Shown one piece after another: positions 1 through 10,048 of a stretch of 64,000 nucleotides of DNA. The notes under the pieces were generated by a model. The model was not told the origin of the DNA. It did no database searches and saw only the letters and a list, made by a program, of their open reading frames with translations. The first letter of the stretch is position 1; each line of letters starts with the position of its first letter. The position numbers and the translations under genes were made by a program. Source of the DNA: Lentisphaerae bacterium RIFOXYA12_FULL_48_11 (GTDB lineage: Bacteria > Verrucomicrobiota > Kiritimatiellia > UBA8416 > YA12-FULL-48-11); assembly GCA_001804885.1 (NCBI GenBank), contig MHBM01000157.1:16629-80628 (forward strand), read 5' to 3'.

Positions 1-1187
1 AGCGTGAATTCAAGATTGTTGTTTCCAACCTGATAGCACTTACACCACCCATGGGATGGAACAGCTGGAACTGCTGGGCCGGGTCGGTTGATGCCGACAA
101 AGTGCTAAGGTCAGCAAGGGCTATGGTCACATCTGGCCTTGCTGACCACGGTTGGACGTATATAAATATCGATGACACATGGCAGGGCAAAAGAACCGGG
201 CACAATAAAGCTCTGCAGGGTAATCACAAATTTCAGGACATAAAGGGGCTCTGCGACCAGATACATGGCATGGGGCTGAAGGTGGGAATCTATTCCACAC
301 CATGGATAACCTCATATGCCGGGTTTCCTGGCGGTTCAAGTAACAACGAGAACGGAGACTGGAAAGATCCACAGGACAGTGGAAAATGGGTACATGGTAA
401 ATACCGCTTCCACGAGAACGATGCACATCAATGGGCCGAATGGGGAATCGACTATCTGAAGTATGACTGGCACTTGCTTGATGTTCCACACGTGAGTGAT
501 ATGGCAACAGCACTCCGATGGTGCGGGAGGGATATCCTTTACAGCCTTTCCAACAGCGCTCCATTTGATCATGCTGCTGACTGGGCAAGGCTTGCAAACT
601 GCTGGCGAACTACAGGCGATATCACAGACACCTGGGAAAGTATGAACGGCATTGGATTTTCTCAGGATAAATGGAAGAAATTTGCCGCGCCGGGTCACTG
701 GAATGATCCGGACATGCTGGTCGTGGGCCATGTCGGATGGGGGCCGAACCTTCACCCAACCAAACTGACCCCAAACGAGCAGTATACCCACATCACACTC
801 TGGTGTCTGCTGTCCGCACCATTACTCCTCGGCTGTGATCTCGAAAAGCTTGACGAGTTTACACTTAATCTTCTTACCAATGACGAAGTACTTGATGTTA
901 ACCAGGATCCTCTCGGTAAACAGGCCGGCAGAATCTCCGTCACCAACGACCTTGAGGTCTGGTCGAAGGATTTGGAAGATGGTTCCAAAGCTGTTGGAAT
1001 GTTTAATCGCGGGTTCCTTGATTCCAGCATAACCGCAAAATGGTCCGACCTCGGCATCAGCGGTAAATATATTGTACGCGATTTATGGCAACAGAAAGAT
1101 CTTGGAGAATTTTCAGACCAGTTTACCACACAGGTTTCCGTGCATGGCGCTGTAATGATCAGGATAATGCAAAAGAAGCTACCCTAG
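1..1187 (+). CDS. alpha-galactosidase, glycoside hydrolase family 27 (5' end outside window)
   Basis: The frame is open from base 3, and its translation ...REFKIVVSNLIALTPPMGWNSWN... contains the GH27 hallmark LTPPMGWNSWN. Downstream W/D/Y-rich segments (DYLKYDW, CWRTTGDI) fit the GH27 TIM barrel. The M at position 51 is internal. Confidence 0.85.
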   Translation, partial: REFKIVVSNLIALTPPMGWNSWNCWAGSVDADKVLRSARAMVTSGLADHGWTYINIDDTWQGKRTGHNKALQGNHKFQDIKGLCDQIHGMGLKVGIYSTPWITSYAGFPGGSSNNENGDWKDPQDSGKWVHGKYRFHENDAHQWAEWGIDYLKYDWHLLDVPHVSDMATALRWCGRDILYSLSNSAPFDHAADWARLANCWRTTGDITDTWESMNGIGFSQDKWKKFAAPGHWNDPDMLVVGHVGWGPNLHPTKLTPNEQYTHITLWCLLSAPLLLGCDLEKLDEFTLNLLTNDEVLDVNQDPLGKQAGRISVTNDLEVWSKDLEDGSKAVGMFNRGFLDSSITAKWSDLGISGKYIVRDLWQQKDLGEFSDQFTTQVSVHGAVMIRIMQKKLP

Positions 1188-1230
1188 ACACGTACAGGTA
1201 CTTTGCGGATGCAGCGCAAAACAACAGGCT

Positions 1231-2379
1231 TTACTGCAGGTCAAAATTGGACCACGAATTTGTCACAACAAATTCAGGACCAAGGGAATTCGTATAAACT
1301 ATACGCCCGAAATTGGCATCCTGGGAAGTGACAAAATTTGTTACATTGTTCAGCGCGGAATTGCCGATAAACAGGTTTCCTCTTGAACCTTCTGCGGCAA
1401 GGAATCCGGCACTGTTGGCCGTGGCGTGATTGGCCTCAACACGGCATCCCCATCCACCATTTACACCGGCACCAGCATTGCCACTCATCTGATTTCTCTC
1501 TACAACTGAGTCGGCCCCGACATTTATGCCATCCCCTTTATTTAAAGACGAGAGATTCCCATGCATGCGCGATCCTCCGCCAGCACTGATGCCATGTCCC
1601 CCATTTTCGCTTGAAAGGTTATTGAGTGCCAGCGAATTGGGCCCGACATAAATACCATCATTAGTATTACATATTGCCACGCAATCTCGAATAATACTCT
1701 CCGTCTGGCCAAAGAAACCATAGGCCTTATTCTCTGCAGAAACACAGTTTTCTATCACACTACCTATCCCTGTATGGAACCCATTACCTGTATTCTCCCG
1801 TGCCCTACAGTTGCGTACCCTGCTATAGTTGCCGATCGAAATACCGGGCCCATAATTCCTGAATGCAATGCAATCCTCCACTTCCCAGTCCTTACCTATG
1901 TAAATACCTGTGCCACCCTGAAGCCCATTACCAACGGAAGAAATCCCTTTGAGACGACAGTTCAGTCCGTCAATCAAAACCAGGCCTGCATTCGGCCACC
2001 CGCTGACAATGCCATTATGAATGGTCAGGTTCATATACAGATTGGTTATAAGATCAAGCACTATCCCGGAACTGCCGATATTCGTTCCACTTCCTATCAG
2101 CGAGAACCCGTTCAGATTAAGATCAACATCACTGCTCGAAATGATAATGCCATTGGAACCAGGGACACCTGTCAGATTCTGCGTAAGATAATAAGCCCCT
2201 CTGTTAGTTATGGTATAAGGTAAACTGGTAATCAACACCCTGGGCTCAATCTGGTTAAGAGTCTTCATCCTGGTTTCAACAGAACCGGGTGGCCCGGCTG
2301 GGTCATCTTCACCTGCAGGCAGATATGATAATAAGAGGGAACATAAAAGAAACGATGAAAGCTGCAAGGCAATCTTCAT
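1231..2379 (-). CDS. secreted right-handed parallel beta-helix repeat protein (pectin-lyase fold)
   Basis: ATG at 2379 is followed by a signal peptide (MKIALQLSSFLLCSLLLSYLPAG). The ORF-track start at 2403 is a GTG. The body has repetitive N/G/I-rich beta-helix rungs (NGIVSGWPNAGLVLIDG, NCRLKGISSVGNG, GNYSRVRNCRARENTGNGFHTG). Confidence 0.6.
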   Translation of the reverse strand: MKIALQLSSFLLCSLLLSYLPAGEDDPAGPPGSVETRMKTLNQIEPRVLITSLPYTITNRGAYYLTQNLTGVPGSNGIIISSSDVDLNLNGFSLIGSGTNIGSSGIVLDLITNLYMNLTIHNGIVSGWPNAGLVLIDGLNCRLKGISSVGNGLQGGTGIYIGKDWEVEDCIAFRNYGPGISIGNYSRVRNCRARENTGNGFHTGIGSVIENCVSAENKAYGFFGQTESIIRDCVAICNTNDGIYVGPNSLALNNLSSENGGHGISAGGGSRMHGNLSSLNKGDGINVGADSVVERNQMSGNAGAGVNGGWGCRVEANHATANSAGFLAAEGSRGNLFIGNSALNNVTNFVTSQDANFGRIVYTNSLGPEFVVTNSWSNFDLQ

Positions 2380-2615
2380 GTTGTGAATTATAGATTCTGA
2401 CACCCTGCAGGGTCAATCAGGAAGTTCAAGGCAATTACCGCCTGTCAGAATACATGGCCTTGGCTATATCAAATTACCGGGGACAAGCCAATAAGCTGAA
2501 AACAATCGCATACATTACTGTCACAAGAATTCCTCATATAAGGGCTGGAAGAATGAGAAGAATTCCTGTATAAAACCCGCTTTGACAATCATTTGCCATA
2601 TGGAGGTATAAATTT

Positions 2616-3224
2616 ATGAACGCTTCTTCTCGACTGCCTCGTATCATCGTTGCTTCAATCCTGTCCTCTTCCCTCTTCGCTGTTTACAGTTTTGGAGCTG
2701 CGGCACCTGCAGCCCCCGCAAAAGCTGTTCCCGCCACACCTGCAAAGATATCAACCGTTGATTCCAAAACCCCTGTTGCAGCTCCTGGCACAGAAAAACT
2801 TAACCCGAATCTGGACCTTACGCTCAAGAAAGCGCTTGATGGATCGAAACTCCGCTATGATGTTAATCCGGAAGGAACCTGCAGATTAGTCTTTAATTTC
2901 GGCAAGGAAAGATCCCATCAGGTTTTTGTTACCTCCAAGAAAGAATCCTTTATGGGAACTGAATACAGGAGAATCTGGGCAACTTCATGGAAGTCAAAGG
3001 AATTGCCTTCCGCCGAAATTATGGCAAAACTCCTTCAGGATTCGGCCACAAAAAAAATCGGCGGCTGGGAAATGCATCGCTGGTCGGACGGATACCGCCT
3101 TATCCTCGCACAGAAACTTCCGGCAGACGCATCGAATGCTGCGCTGGAAGCAGCCATCAAGCTGGTAGTCAACGGCGCAGACTACATGGAAGAACAACTC
3201 ACCAACAACAAAGACGAGTTCTAA
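2616..3224 (+). CDS. hypothetical secreted protein (signal peptide and Ala/Pro-rich linker)
   Basis: A GGAGG ribosome-binding site at 2602-2606 sits 9 nt before the ATG. There is an N-terminal signal peptide, then AAAPAAPAKAVPATPAK low-complexity linker, then a globular C-terminal domain of unknown family. Confidence 0.6.
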   Translation: MNASSRLPRIIVASILSSSLFAVYSFGAAAPAAPAKAVPATPAKISTVDSKTPVAAPGTEKLNPNLDLTLKKALDGSKLRYDVNPEGTCRLVFNFGKERSHQVFVTSKKESFMGTEYRRIWATSWKSKELPSAEIMAKLLQDSATKKIGGWEMHRWSDGYRLILAQKLPADASNAALEAAIKLVVNGADYMEEQLTNNKDEF

Positions 3225-3266
3225 TACATTCTTCCAAAAAAAAGAACTGCGGAAGACCGGAACGGC

Positions 3267-4385
3267 CTAAAGACACGGCTGGACAGCAAGGCATACCACC
3301 CTGGCCGATGCAATTCCTGGAATCGAAAAATATAATTCCTTCTTCCCCTGCTCGAGCACTTCGCTTACAAATTCAGGCGTAAAAGTAGCCACGGCATCGA
3401 TGGTTTTACCGTCCCCAGCCTGCTCCACCTTGCAGGAGAAACCTTTTTCATCAGGAAGTTTTAACTGCCCCGGATCAAGCACCTTGGCAGTGTCACCAAG
3501 TACCCTCAGGTTAAAAGACCGGATTATATCATTTGTTGAAACAACCATCCGGAATGTTCCAGGAAAAGCAATCATTTCAATTCCAATTTTGCCGGCAATG
3601 CCAATGGACAGTGCAGGCTGATTTGTCGGAAACAGTACGGGGATTATCACACTACACTGAAAGTCACAGGAAGTTGCGATAGGACATAACTTTATATCAA
3701 GTTTATGCTGACATTTATTTTGCCCGGAGATCGGAATGAATGTAATTTCAACAGGATAGTCACATTTTACTTCCGGTTGGCCCAGCCTAACACCGGCCTC
3801 GGTGGCTGTCAGGTCAAATGAACTCTTCCATTCTCGACCAGTCTCAATGCGTCCGGCATACACAAAATCACAGGGGGCTATTTCAACAAGGGGAACTGCC
3901 GTACCCTTTACCGTCACACCCAGGAACCGGTTATTGACGTCCGTGTTCTCAAAATATGTCGGCTTGGAGTAATTGCCATATATTGAGTTAGGAAGAATGA
4001 CAATTTCAATCGAAGCCAGCTGGCCTGGTTTAAGCTCTGACTTGTCACATTTTGCCGTGGCACATACACATGTCTTGTAAATCCTGCCGATCTTGATAGT
4101 CGTCTTACTGGAATTCTTCACCATGAAGTTGGCAACTTTTCGTTCCCGCGCAGGATATTTCCCGAAATCAACAGTGTCAGAACCTATAATCTGCAGGCCA
4201 TCCACCGTATTGAGATCTTTTCCGAATCCCTTAAATGGTAGAGCGCGACCGCTCGTGGTGAATTCTCGCGATGAACCGCCGGGCGTACCGATCCTGCCAT
4301 GCGGCGGGTCCAGCGGCCCAGCCCTACCCTGGATCAGAAATAAAGAGCAGATGACAACAATCAATAAATATGGACGTACGTTCAC
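3267..4385 (-). CDS. secreted DUF1573-like (Ig-fold, CxC motif) protein
   Basis: Signal peptide MNVRPYLLIVVICSLFLIQG. The segment KTCVCATAKCDKSELKPGQ resembles the DUF1573 SCGCT/PG motif. A 4-bp ATGA overlap with the upstream gene suggests co-translation. Confidence 0.45.
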   Translation of the reverse strand: MNVRPYLLIVVICSLFLIQGRAGPLDPPHGRIGTPGGSSREFTTSGRALPFKGFGKDLNTVDGLQIIGSDTVDFGKYPARERKVANFMVKNSSKTTIKIGRIYKTCVCATAKCDKSELKPGQLASIEIVILPNSIYGNYSKPTYFENTDVNNRFLGVTVKGTAVPLVEIAPCDFVYAGRIETGREWKSSFDLTATEAGVRLGQPEVKCDYPVEITFIPISGQNKCQHKLDIKLCPIATSCDFQCSVIIPVLFPTNQPALSIGIAGKIGIEMIAFPGTFRMVVSTNDIIRSFNLRVLGDTAKVLDPGQLKLPDEKGFSCKVEQAGDGKTIDAVATFTPEFVSEVLEQGKKELYFSIPGIASARVVCLAVQPCL

Positions 4386-7093
4386 AGCGGTTTCTCGCGG
4401 GCACCCTCAGCCTCAACAATCGGCCAGGAAGCGCGAAGTCCATCCTTATACGGACCAATCTCGTCCACCGGTATCTGTTTAAATCCAAGTTTAAACGCCG
4501 GTGATCGCCACTTCAGACGGTAATCATCTTTGCCAGGATCAGCAAACCGCGGATCCGCCTCCAGTGAATGCCTGTCCATGCCAAGCGCCTGCCATGAAGC
4601 CCATTCGTCAAGCATCTCCACTTCAGTCAGCAAAACACCGTCCACAAACAAACGGCCATCCTCTTCAGGGAAATCCAGCCGCACACGAAAAGCCTTCATT
4701 TTTTCATTGTAATCTTTATCACCCTGGCCCGGCACCTTGAAAGTAAACTGGTACTCCTTCCATTCGGTCCCCACCTTTACCTCGCGCGGCCAGTTGGCCC
4801 AGAAATAAACATTTGCAATATACGACTGAACCATCAAACCCGCCTTGGCTTCCGATTTTGCAGCCTTCAATCTGGCAGCAAGCCTGTACCAGCGCCCCTG
4901 CTCAAGAGAAAAATCCTTACTGACCACTATGGGGTAATTATCGCGCTTCTTCTCTTTTGCAAATGCGGCATTGATACACAGGCAACGCTTCCCCTCCGCG
5001 GCCCCATCTTCAACTATAACGGCCTTGGCCTCTTTCGTCGGACATATCTGCCATTGCCATTGTCGCGGCATAACACCGGGAACACCTTCCTCAAAACCTG
5101 CATTTGAAAGCAGATTAGACGAAAGAGTTTTCCCGAACTGCTTCTGCCCTGTCAACAGCGGTTGACCAGCATGCCAGACAATGTTCGAATCCCATTCATT
5201 ATGCGCAAATGAAAAATTACGAACTCCAGGGTATTTTGCCTTGGGATCATTATAATATACGATATTCCGAAACACCTTGTTGCCCGCCATGATTGTATGA
5301 TCCGGCAGAACAGCATTAGTCGGATGCAGGTTCATGTTTCTCATATTTTTCCACGCAGGCTGATCATACACCATCTCGTATCCCTTGATCATCGTCTGCA
5401 GATGATTAGTCCAGTAGCTGTGATGATCCGTCCATCCGTTACATTCAATCTGCTGCAATTTGCCTTCAACAAAGATGTTGTTTTCCACCAGGTTGTCTCG
5501 ACCGTTATGAAGATGAATACTCGCCCTGGAACAGCGTGCCACTATATTACCAAAAACATCTACACCGCCCGTATTGTCATCGAGATATATGCCCCATGCA
5601 TAAAACGGGGAAACCCAATCTCCGTCCTTATTCTGCCCGTATCCAAGCATGTCATGAAAATAATTGTACCGTATGACAGTCCCGCGTGACGAGATCCAGT
5701 CCCGTCCGCCGGTATAAACCGCACCGGTATCCGAAGTCTCAAGGTTCATATGCCTGATGTGATTGTATTCAATTACGAGATTGTTCCCGCTGAACATGAT
5801 CCCCATTCGCGGACCGTCATGGATCAGGTTATGGGAAGCCCTGTTACCAACACCATGCAGGCTGACACCCACACCCTGCTTGTAAAAGACCCCGACATGG
5901 TGGATATAATTATTGTCCGCAAAGTTTTCCGCAGACGTGAGTGTTTTCCTGTCACCGCCACCTATGCTTATCCCGTTGCTTCCGGTCTCAAAAATATCAC
6001 ATCCAACCACACTATTCTTTGTACCGCCGTTAATCGAAACCCCTGACCCGTTATAATCTCCGACATTCCGAACTGTACATCCCGCAACCAGGCAATTGGT
6101 CGTATTGTTCAGCGATACCGCAGTGCCCTCGCAGCATTCGAATGTCATTCCGCGAAAAGTCACATCGCCGGCATTGCGCATCTCAAGAATCGTACGCATC
6201 GTCGGGGCACAGACTACGCGCCCTTCCATTGATGCCGGCGGCCAGAAATAAAGCGTCCAGGTCTGCTTGTCCAGATACCACTCACCAGGCACATCAAGCT
6301 CTTCCAGCGCGTTACGAAAATAGTATCGGTCTCCCGGCCTTATGGCATACGAGGCATGATTGGCAAGCGAGATCAGCCGCGTCTCACGGTTAATCGACTT
6401 AACGCGGCAGATGTTGTTCCACCAGTTATACCGCGGAAAAACAAACACATCCATCTCCTCCGGCCTGGACCATTCCCTGAAATTCTCCTGTTTACACGTG
6501 AATGCATTATTCACCTCGCCTGGAATTTCACGGTAAAGTTCGACCCATTTCCCTTCCACATATGCCCAGCCACCTCCATACGGATTCTCTGAATCATAAT
6601 TAGGGTAACGTGCAAGATGCTGTCTCTTCCCGTCAAATATCAATTGCCTGAAATAAATATTCTTAAACCCCTGACTGCCTGCGTCAGCCTTCAGAATAGA
6701 TCCCTTGTGAGTCGAGAAACCCGTAATCTGTTTACCTCCGATCAATACGGGCTTCTCATTCTTATATGCTCGGTAAACAATAGGCATTCCGGACATACCG
6801 GAATCGCTCTCGTTCAAAAGCAGGGTATTCTTCATGGAATATGTTCCACCCCTGACAAACACGGTAACCTGCCCCTGTAAAGCACCTCCAGCTTTCAACC
6901 TTCGAATCTCATCCCGTGCCCTTTCCAGTGTTGCAAACGGGCCAGCACTGCCATCTGATGCCGGCTTGACAGACTTGCCGGACCAGCTGTCATTACCGTC
7001 TGGCGCAACATAAAAATCAACAGAGCCTGAACAGAAAGCGCCTGCGACAGACATCAACAAGCAGCAAGAAAACATGATGGAAATATTCTTCAT
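4382..7093 (-). CDS. secreted right-handed beta-helix repeat protein with C-terminal carbohydrate-binding-like domain (putative polysaccharide lyase/hydrolase)
   Basis: The 903-aa protein has a signal peptide (MKNISIMFSCCLLMSVAGAFC). It carries many beta-helix rungs (NNYIHHVGVFYKQGVGVSLHGVGNRASHNLIHDGPRMGIMFSGNNLVIEYNHIRHM). The C-terminal ~250 aa are W/Y-rich and beta-sandwich-like. Confidence 0.55.
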   Translation of the reverse strand: MKNISIMFSCCLLMSVAGAFCSGSVDFYVAPDGNDSWSGKSVKPASDGSAGPFATLERARDEIRRLKAGGALQGQVTVFVRGGTYSMKNTLLLNESDSGMSGMPIVYRAYKNEKPVLIGGKQITGFSTHKGSILKADAGSQGFKNIYFRQLIFDGKRQHLARYPNYDSENPYGGGWAYVEGKWVELYREIPGEVNNAFTCKQENFREWSRPEEMDVFVFPRYNWWNNICRVKSINRETRLISLANHASYAIRPGDRYYFRNALEELDVPGEWYLDKQTWTLYFWPPASMEGRVVCAPTMRTILEMRNAGDVTFRGMTFECCEGTAVSLNNTTNCLVAGCTVRNVGDYNGSGVSINGGTKNSVVGCDIFETGSNGISIGGGDRKTLTSAENFADNNYIHHVGVFYKQGVGVSLHGVGNRASHNLIHDGPRMGIMFSGNNLVIEYNHIRHMNLETSDTGAVYTGGRDWISSRGTVIRYNYFHDMLGYGQNKDGDWVSPFYAWGIYLDDNTGGVDVFGNIVARCSRASIHLHNGRDNLVENNIFVEGKLQQIECNGWTDHHSYWTNHLQTMIKGYEMVYDQPAWKNMRNMNLHPTNAVLPDHTIMAGNKVFRNIVYYNDPKAKYPGVRNFSFAHNEWDSNIVWHAGQPLLTGQKQFGKTLSSNLLSNAGFEEGVPGVMPRQWQWQICPTKEAKAVIVEDGAAEGKRCLCINAAFAKEKKRDNYPIVVSKDFSLEQGRWYRLAARLKAAKSEAKAGLMVQSYIANVYFWANWPREVKVGTEWKEYQFTFKVPGQGDKDYNEKMKAFRVRLDFPEEDGRLFVDGVLLTEVEMLDEWASWQALGMDRHSLEADPRFADPGKDDYRLKWRSPAFKLGFKQIPVDEIGPYKDGLRASWPIVEAEGAREKPL

Positions 7094-7161
7094 GTATGTG
7101 ACTCCAGATTCAGCCCCTGACTTCTATGTATAAATCAGCAGCCTACGGGATATTTCCCGTT

Positions 7162-8529
7162 TTATGGCTTCAGTTCGCGAACAAAAATGTTGCGAAACTG
7201 GAGAAGCGATGGCGGACTGTTCCACTTGCCATCCTTCATACCACCGTGATGCTGCAATGCAATGGCACCTTTATCCGGCAGACCAGGAATCTCAACGCCG
7301 GGCAGAACTGTCTTGCCATTAAGAATTACACTCACCTTGCTGCCGCGCACAGTAATATCAAAACGATTCCATTTTCCCACAGGACTGTCGGCTTTCACTT
7401 TCGGAGTAACCCCGGCCTTGACCTCAGGCGGCATCGCAGGATCACGCCTTACACCATACATCTCTCCGGAGCCTACAGGCCAGCACCAGATGTTAACCTG
7501 ATACTTACCCTGACCACGCAGGAAAATACCAGAATCGGAATCAGGGATGGTGATGTTTACCAACTTTCCTGCGGCATCCTTTTCCTCGCTTCCATCAGGA
7601 AGAATATTACACGCACGGGGATTCTGGTATGGTGTCTCCTTGATACGCCAGTCGACGACCAGCTGAAAATCACCGTAAGATTTCTCACTCCAAAGGCTCT
7701 TGTCACCGGACGCTTCACTCCTTGCATCGTAATCAATAACCTGGTTCAGAATCTTCCAATGACCGTTGTCACCTTCAGGCACCTTCCAATTCCTCAAATC
7801 AAGGCCGGTGAAAAGCGGCACAAAACCGTCGGCCTCTTTCGCCACTTCTTCAGGCTTTGGATTCGTGGAAGGCAGCTCCTTTATACGAAGATTACGAAAA
7901 TGACACTCCGAGCCCTCAGATTCCAGCATGAGATAGCCCTTACGGGGAGAGGCAGCCTTGGCAATGGTAACCTCCTTGCCGTTCACACTGAGACTGATAT
8001 CACCGTTGTTTGCCACCACCCGGTAACGATTCCACTCGGGAGAAGGCTTGGTACGCTCCTCGGAAGGAAAACTGCGTTGACCATTCGGCGAGATACGCCC
8101 TGCAACAGTCAGCGTCGCACCATTTACAGCGAAGATATCGCCATGCGTACTGTACCACTCATTCTTGCCTTTTACATTGAAACCCGGGTCAAGTACCTGG
8201 ACCTCAATACCTCGAGAAAAAGGCGAGCCGGCGACAGGCAATCCATCAGCCCAGATAAAGAGCCCCGAATTCCCGCCTGCTTTCATGTGCTGCCACTCAA
8301 ATTCAATGATAAAATTTTCGTACATCTTTGCAGTTCGCAGGGTGCCGATCGGCGAGCCTGTCGTAACAATCATACCGTCACGTGCCGAAAACGTTTCCGG
8401 CGCTATATTGCAGGGCTCCCACCCTGAAAGATCTTTCCCGTTAAACATCGACACAAAACCATCATTGTCATCAGCCATCAATAACCCGGCAACCAAACAG
8501 ACAACGAGCAGACTTGCGATTCTTTTCAT
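7162..8529 (-). CDS. secreted protein with two tandem DUF1080 (3-keto-disaccharide hydrolase-like) domains
   Basis: Signal peptide MKRIASLLVVCLVAGLLMA. The DUF1080 hallmark occurs twice (FVSMFNGKDLSGWE and FVPLFTGLDLRNWKV). Each copy ends in a ...FRN(I/L)-type motif (HFRNLRI, QFRNIFV). Confidence 0.65.
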   Translation of the reverse strand: MKRIASLLVVCLVAGLLMADDNDGFVSMFNGKDLSGWEPCNIAPETFSARDGMIVTTGSPIGTLRTAKMYENFIIEFEWQHMKAGGNSGLFIWADGLPVAGSPFSRGIEVQVLDPGFNVKGKNEWYSTHGDIFAVNGATLTVAGRISPNGQRSFPSEERTKPSPEWNRYRVVANNGDISLSVNGKEVTIAKAASPRKGYLMLESEGSECHFRNLRIKELPSTNPKPEEVAKEADGFVPLFTGLDLRNWKVPEGDNGHWKILNQVIDYDARSEASGDKSLWSEKSYGDFQLVVDWRIKETPYQNPRACNILPDGSEEKDAAGKLVNITIPDSDSGIFLRGQGKYQVNIWCWPVGSGEMYGVRRDPAMPPEVKAGVTPKVKADSPVGKWNRFDITVRGSKVSVILNGKTVLPGVEIPGLPDKGAIALQHHGGMKDGKWNSPPSLLQFRNIFVRELKP

Positions 8530-8655
8530 TAGCGGACTCCCCTGTGACCCATAACGTGCGACTTGCCGACCGACAAGTTACCCGCACATACTGAAAGTCA
8601 TCTATGTATCATTATAAAAACACAGTAATAACCGCGCTTAATTCCATTATTATTT

Positions 8656-9561
8656 CTAACGCTTGAACGTCACATGCCATTCGTTACCGTTGTTCTTCTG
8701 CACGCGCTGCTTCCATTCGGGTTTTACATCCTCAGGTTTAGCAGCCGGACGTGGTGTGTAATAATCTCTCTGGTAAAGAGTAAAAACCGCTCCTTCAGTA
8801 GTCATCTTTACCAGCACATATCCGATATCACCCCAATGCCCCGTGGATGGCAAACACAGCGTCGCAACACCATTTGTAGATTCCTGTTTCCATGTGTGGT
8901 TATGTCCATAAATGTATCCCGCACAAGCGGCATTGGACACCATCAGATCTGCCACTCCGGTTTCCCTGATCGGATGATGTGCCCCGACAAAAACCGGCTT
9001 CTTATACTCAGCCAGTGTTTTCTGCAACCATGCCCGCTGGGCATCATCAATACCACCATTTACTGGTCCTTCCAGGCATGAATCCAGCATGATAAAATCA
9101 GCATTCGGTGTCTTGATCAGGATGACCAGTCGTGCCGGAACAAGCGGTGCCTCGCTCTTGCGGTCTGGGAAAACATTAAAGAATGCCTCCCGTCGATCAT
9201 GGTTGCCAAAGCAGGCTGTCCAGCGAATGCCAGCATCTTCCAGCGGCTTTATCAATTCCCTTAACTGGCGATAATCATTTGTTGCGCCGTGATTAAAAGA
9301 TATATCTCCATACAACAGCACATTTGCCGGACGCGGATTACATGCAAGAACATCCTGTATGCATTGTGACAGCCCTGCACGCTGATGCACCGGATTCGCT
9401 TCCGCAGTGATATGTAAATCAGCAAACAGCGCAACCAGGTTTTCATCCTTCGGAACGTTATCCGCCTTTCCAGACAAGGTGAATATTGCAGCAAATGCTA
9501 TTAAACAGAAAGAAACCATGACGGATACTCTTTTCATGCTTTTCTCCAGTTGAAGGACCAA
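8656..9561 (-). CDS. secreted calcineurin-like metallophosphoesterase
   Basis: Signal peptide present. Metallophosphoesterase motifs are visible: GDISFNHG, CFGNHDRR, GHNHTW. Confidence 0.6.
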   Translation of the reverse strand: MVLQLEKSMKRVSVMVSFCLIAFAAIFTLSGKADNVPKDENLVALFADLHITAEANPVHQRAGLSQCIQDVLACNPRPANVLLYGDISFNHGATNDYRQLRELIKPLEDAGIRWTACFGNHDRREAFFNVFPDRKSEAPLVPARLVILIKTPNADFIMLDSCLEGPVNGGIDDAQRAWLQKTLAEYKKPVFVGAHHPIRETGVADLMVSNAACAGYIYGHNHTWKQESTNGVATLCLPSTGHWGDIGYVLVKMTTEGAVFTLYQRDYYTPRPAAKPEDVKPEWKQRVQKNNGNEWHVTFKR

Positions 9562-9671
9562 ATCGCTGTAAGTTATGGATACTATTCAATCGCCATGTCC
9601 GCGTCAATTCCCCCTTGTTGAATCTGTTCTTTAATGATATGTTTATAAAAAGGAAAAGGTCAGGAGATCAG

Positions 9672-10046
9672 ATGGCACGTATACTGTTAGTTGACGACGA
9701 ACCCAGCATTCTCTGTGTACTTAGCAACCTGCTCCAATCCGATGGACACAGTGTTGCCGGAACCTTGCGCGGAGACAAAGCAAAACAGCGGATAAAATCC
9801 GAAGAACACTTCGACCTTCTTCTCACAGACATGCGAATGTGGCCGGTAAACGGAGTAGATGTCATAAAGACTGCCCGCGAATGCAGGCCCTCTATGCCGA
9901 TAATTCTGATTTCCGCCTATCTCACCCCTGAGATTGAAGAGGAAGTCAAAAAGCTTGGAGTAGAGAGAACTATCCGCAAACCGTGGGTTATCGACGATCT
10001 GCTAACTGCAATTAAAGAACTGTTGCCGGCTCAATCAGCAACCTGA
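9672..10046 (+). CDS. stand-alone response-regulator receiver (CheY-like) protein
   Basis: An AGGAGA ribosome-binding site at 9661 precedes ATG 9672. The translation MARILLVDDEPSI...LLLTDMRMWPVNG...PIILISAY carries the phospho-acceptor Asp and the conserved receiver K/T positions. No output domain is present. The ORF-track start at 9615 is probably too early. Confidence 0.7.
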   Translation: MARILLVDDEPSILCVLSNLLQSDGHSVAGTLRGDKAKQRIKSEEHFDLLLTDMRMWPVNGVDVIKTARECRPSMPIILISAYLTPEIEEEVKKLGVERTIRKPWVIDDLLTAIKELLPAQSAT

Positions 10047-10048
10047 CC

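Noticed and set aside
127-1129. Minus-strand ORFs of 156, 151 and 125 aa overlapping the GH27 gene
   Set aside because: They are shadow ORFs inside a gene with a diagnostic GH27 signature, and they have no signal peptide or motifs.
2582-2612. A sigma70-like TTGACA ... TATAAA pair immediately upstream of the 2616 start codon
   Set aside because: The -10-like hexamer overlaps the ribosome-binding site and spacer, so a transcript starting there would begin inside or after the start codon. It is most likely a chance match.
3225-3266. An A8/T8 run with a short cttcc...ggaag stem, considered as a bidirectional terminator
   Set aside because: The stem is only 5 bp and encloses the T-run instead of preceding it, so it is not a convincing intrinsic terminator.
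7126-8427. A 433-aa plus-strand ORF
   Set aside because: It is fully antisense to the well-supported DUF1080 gene. It is Arg/Thr/Leu-rich with no motifs, so it is a shadow ORF.
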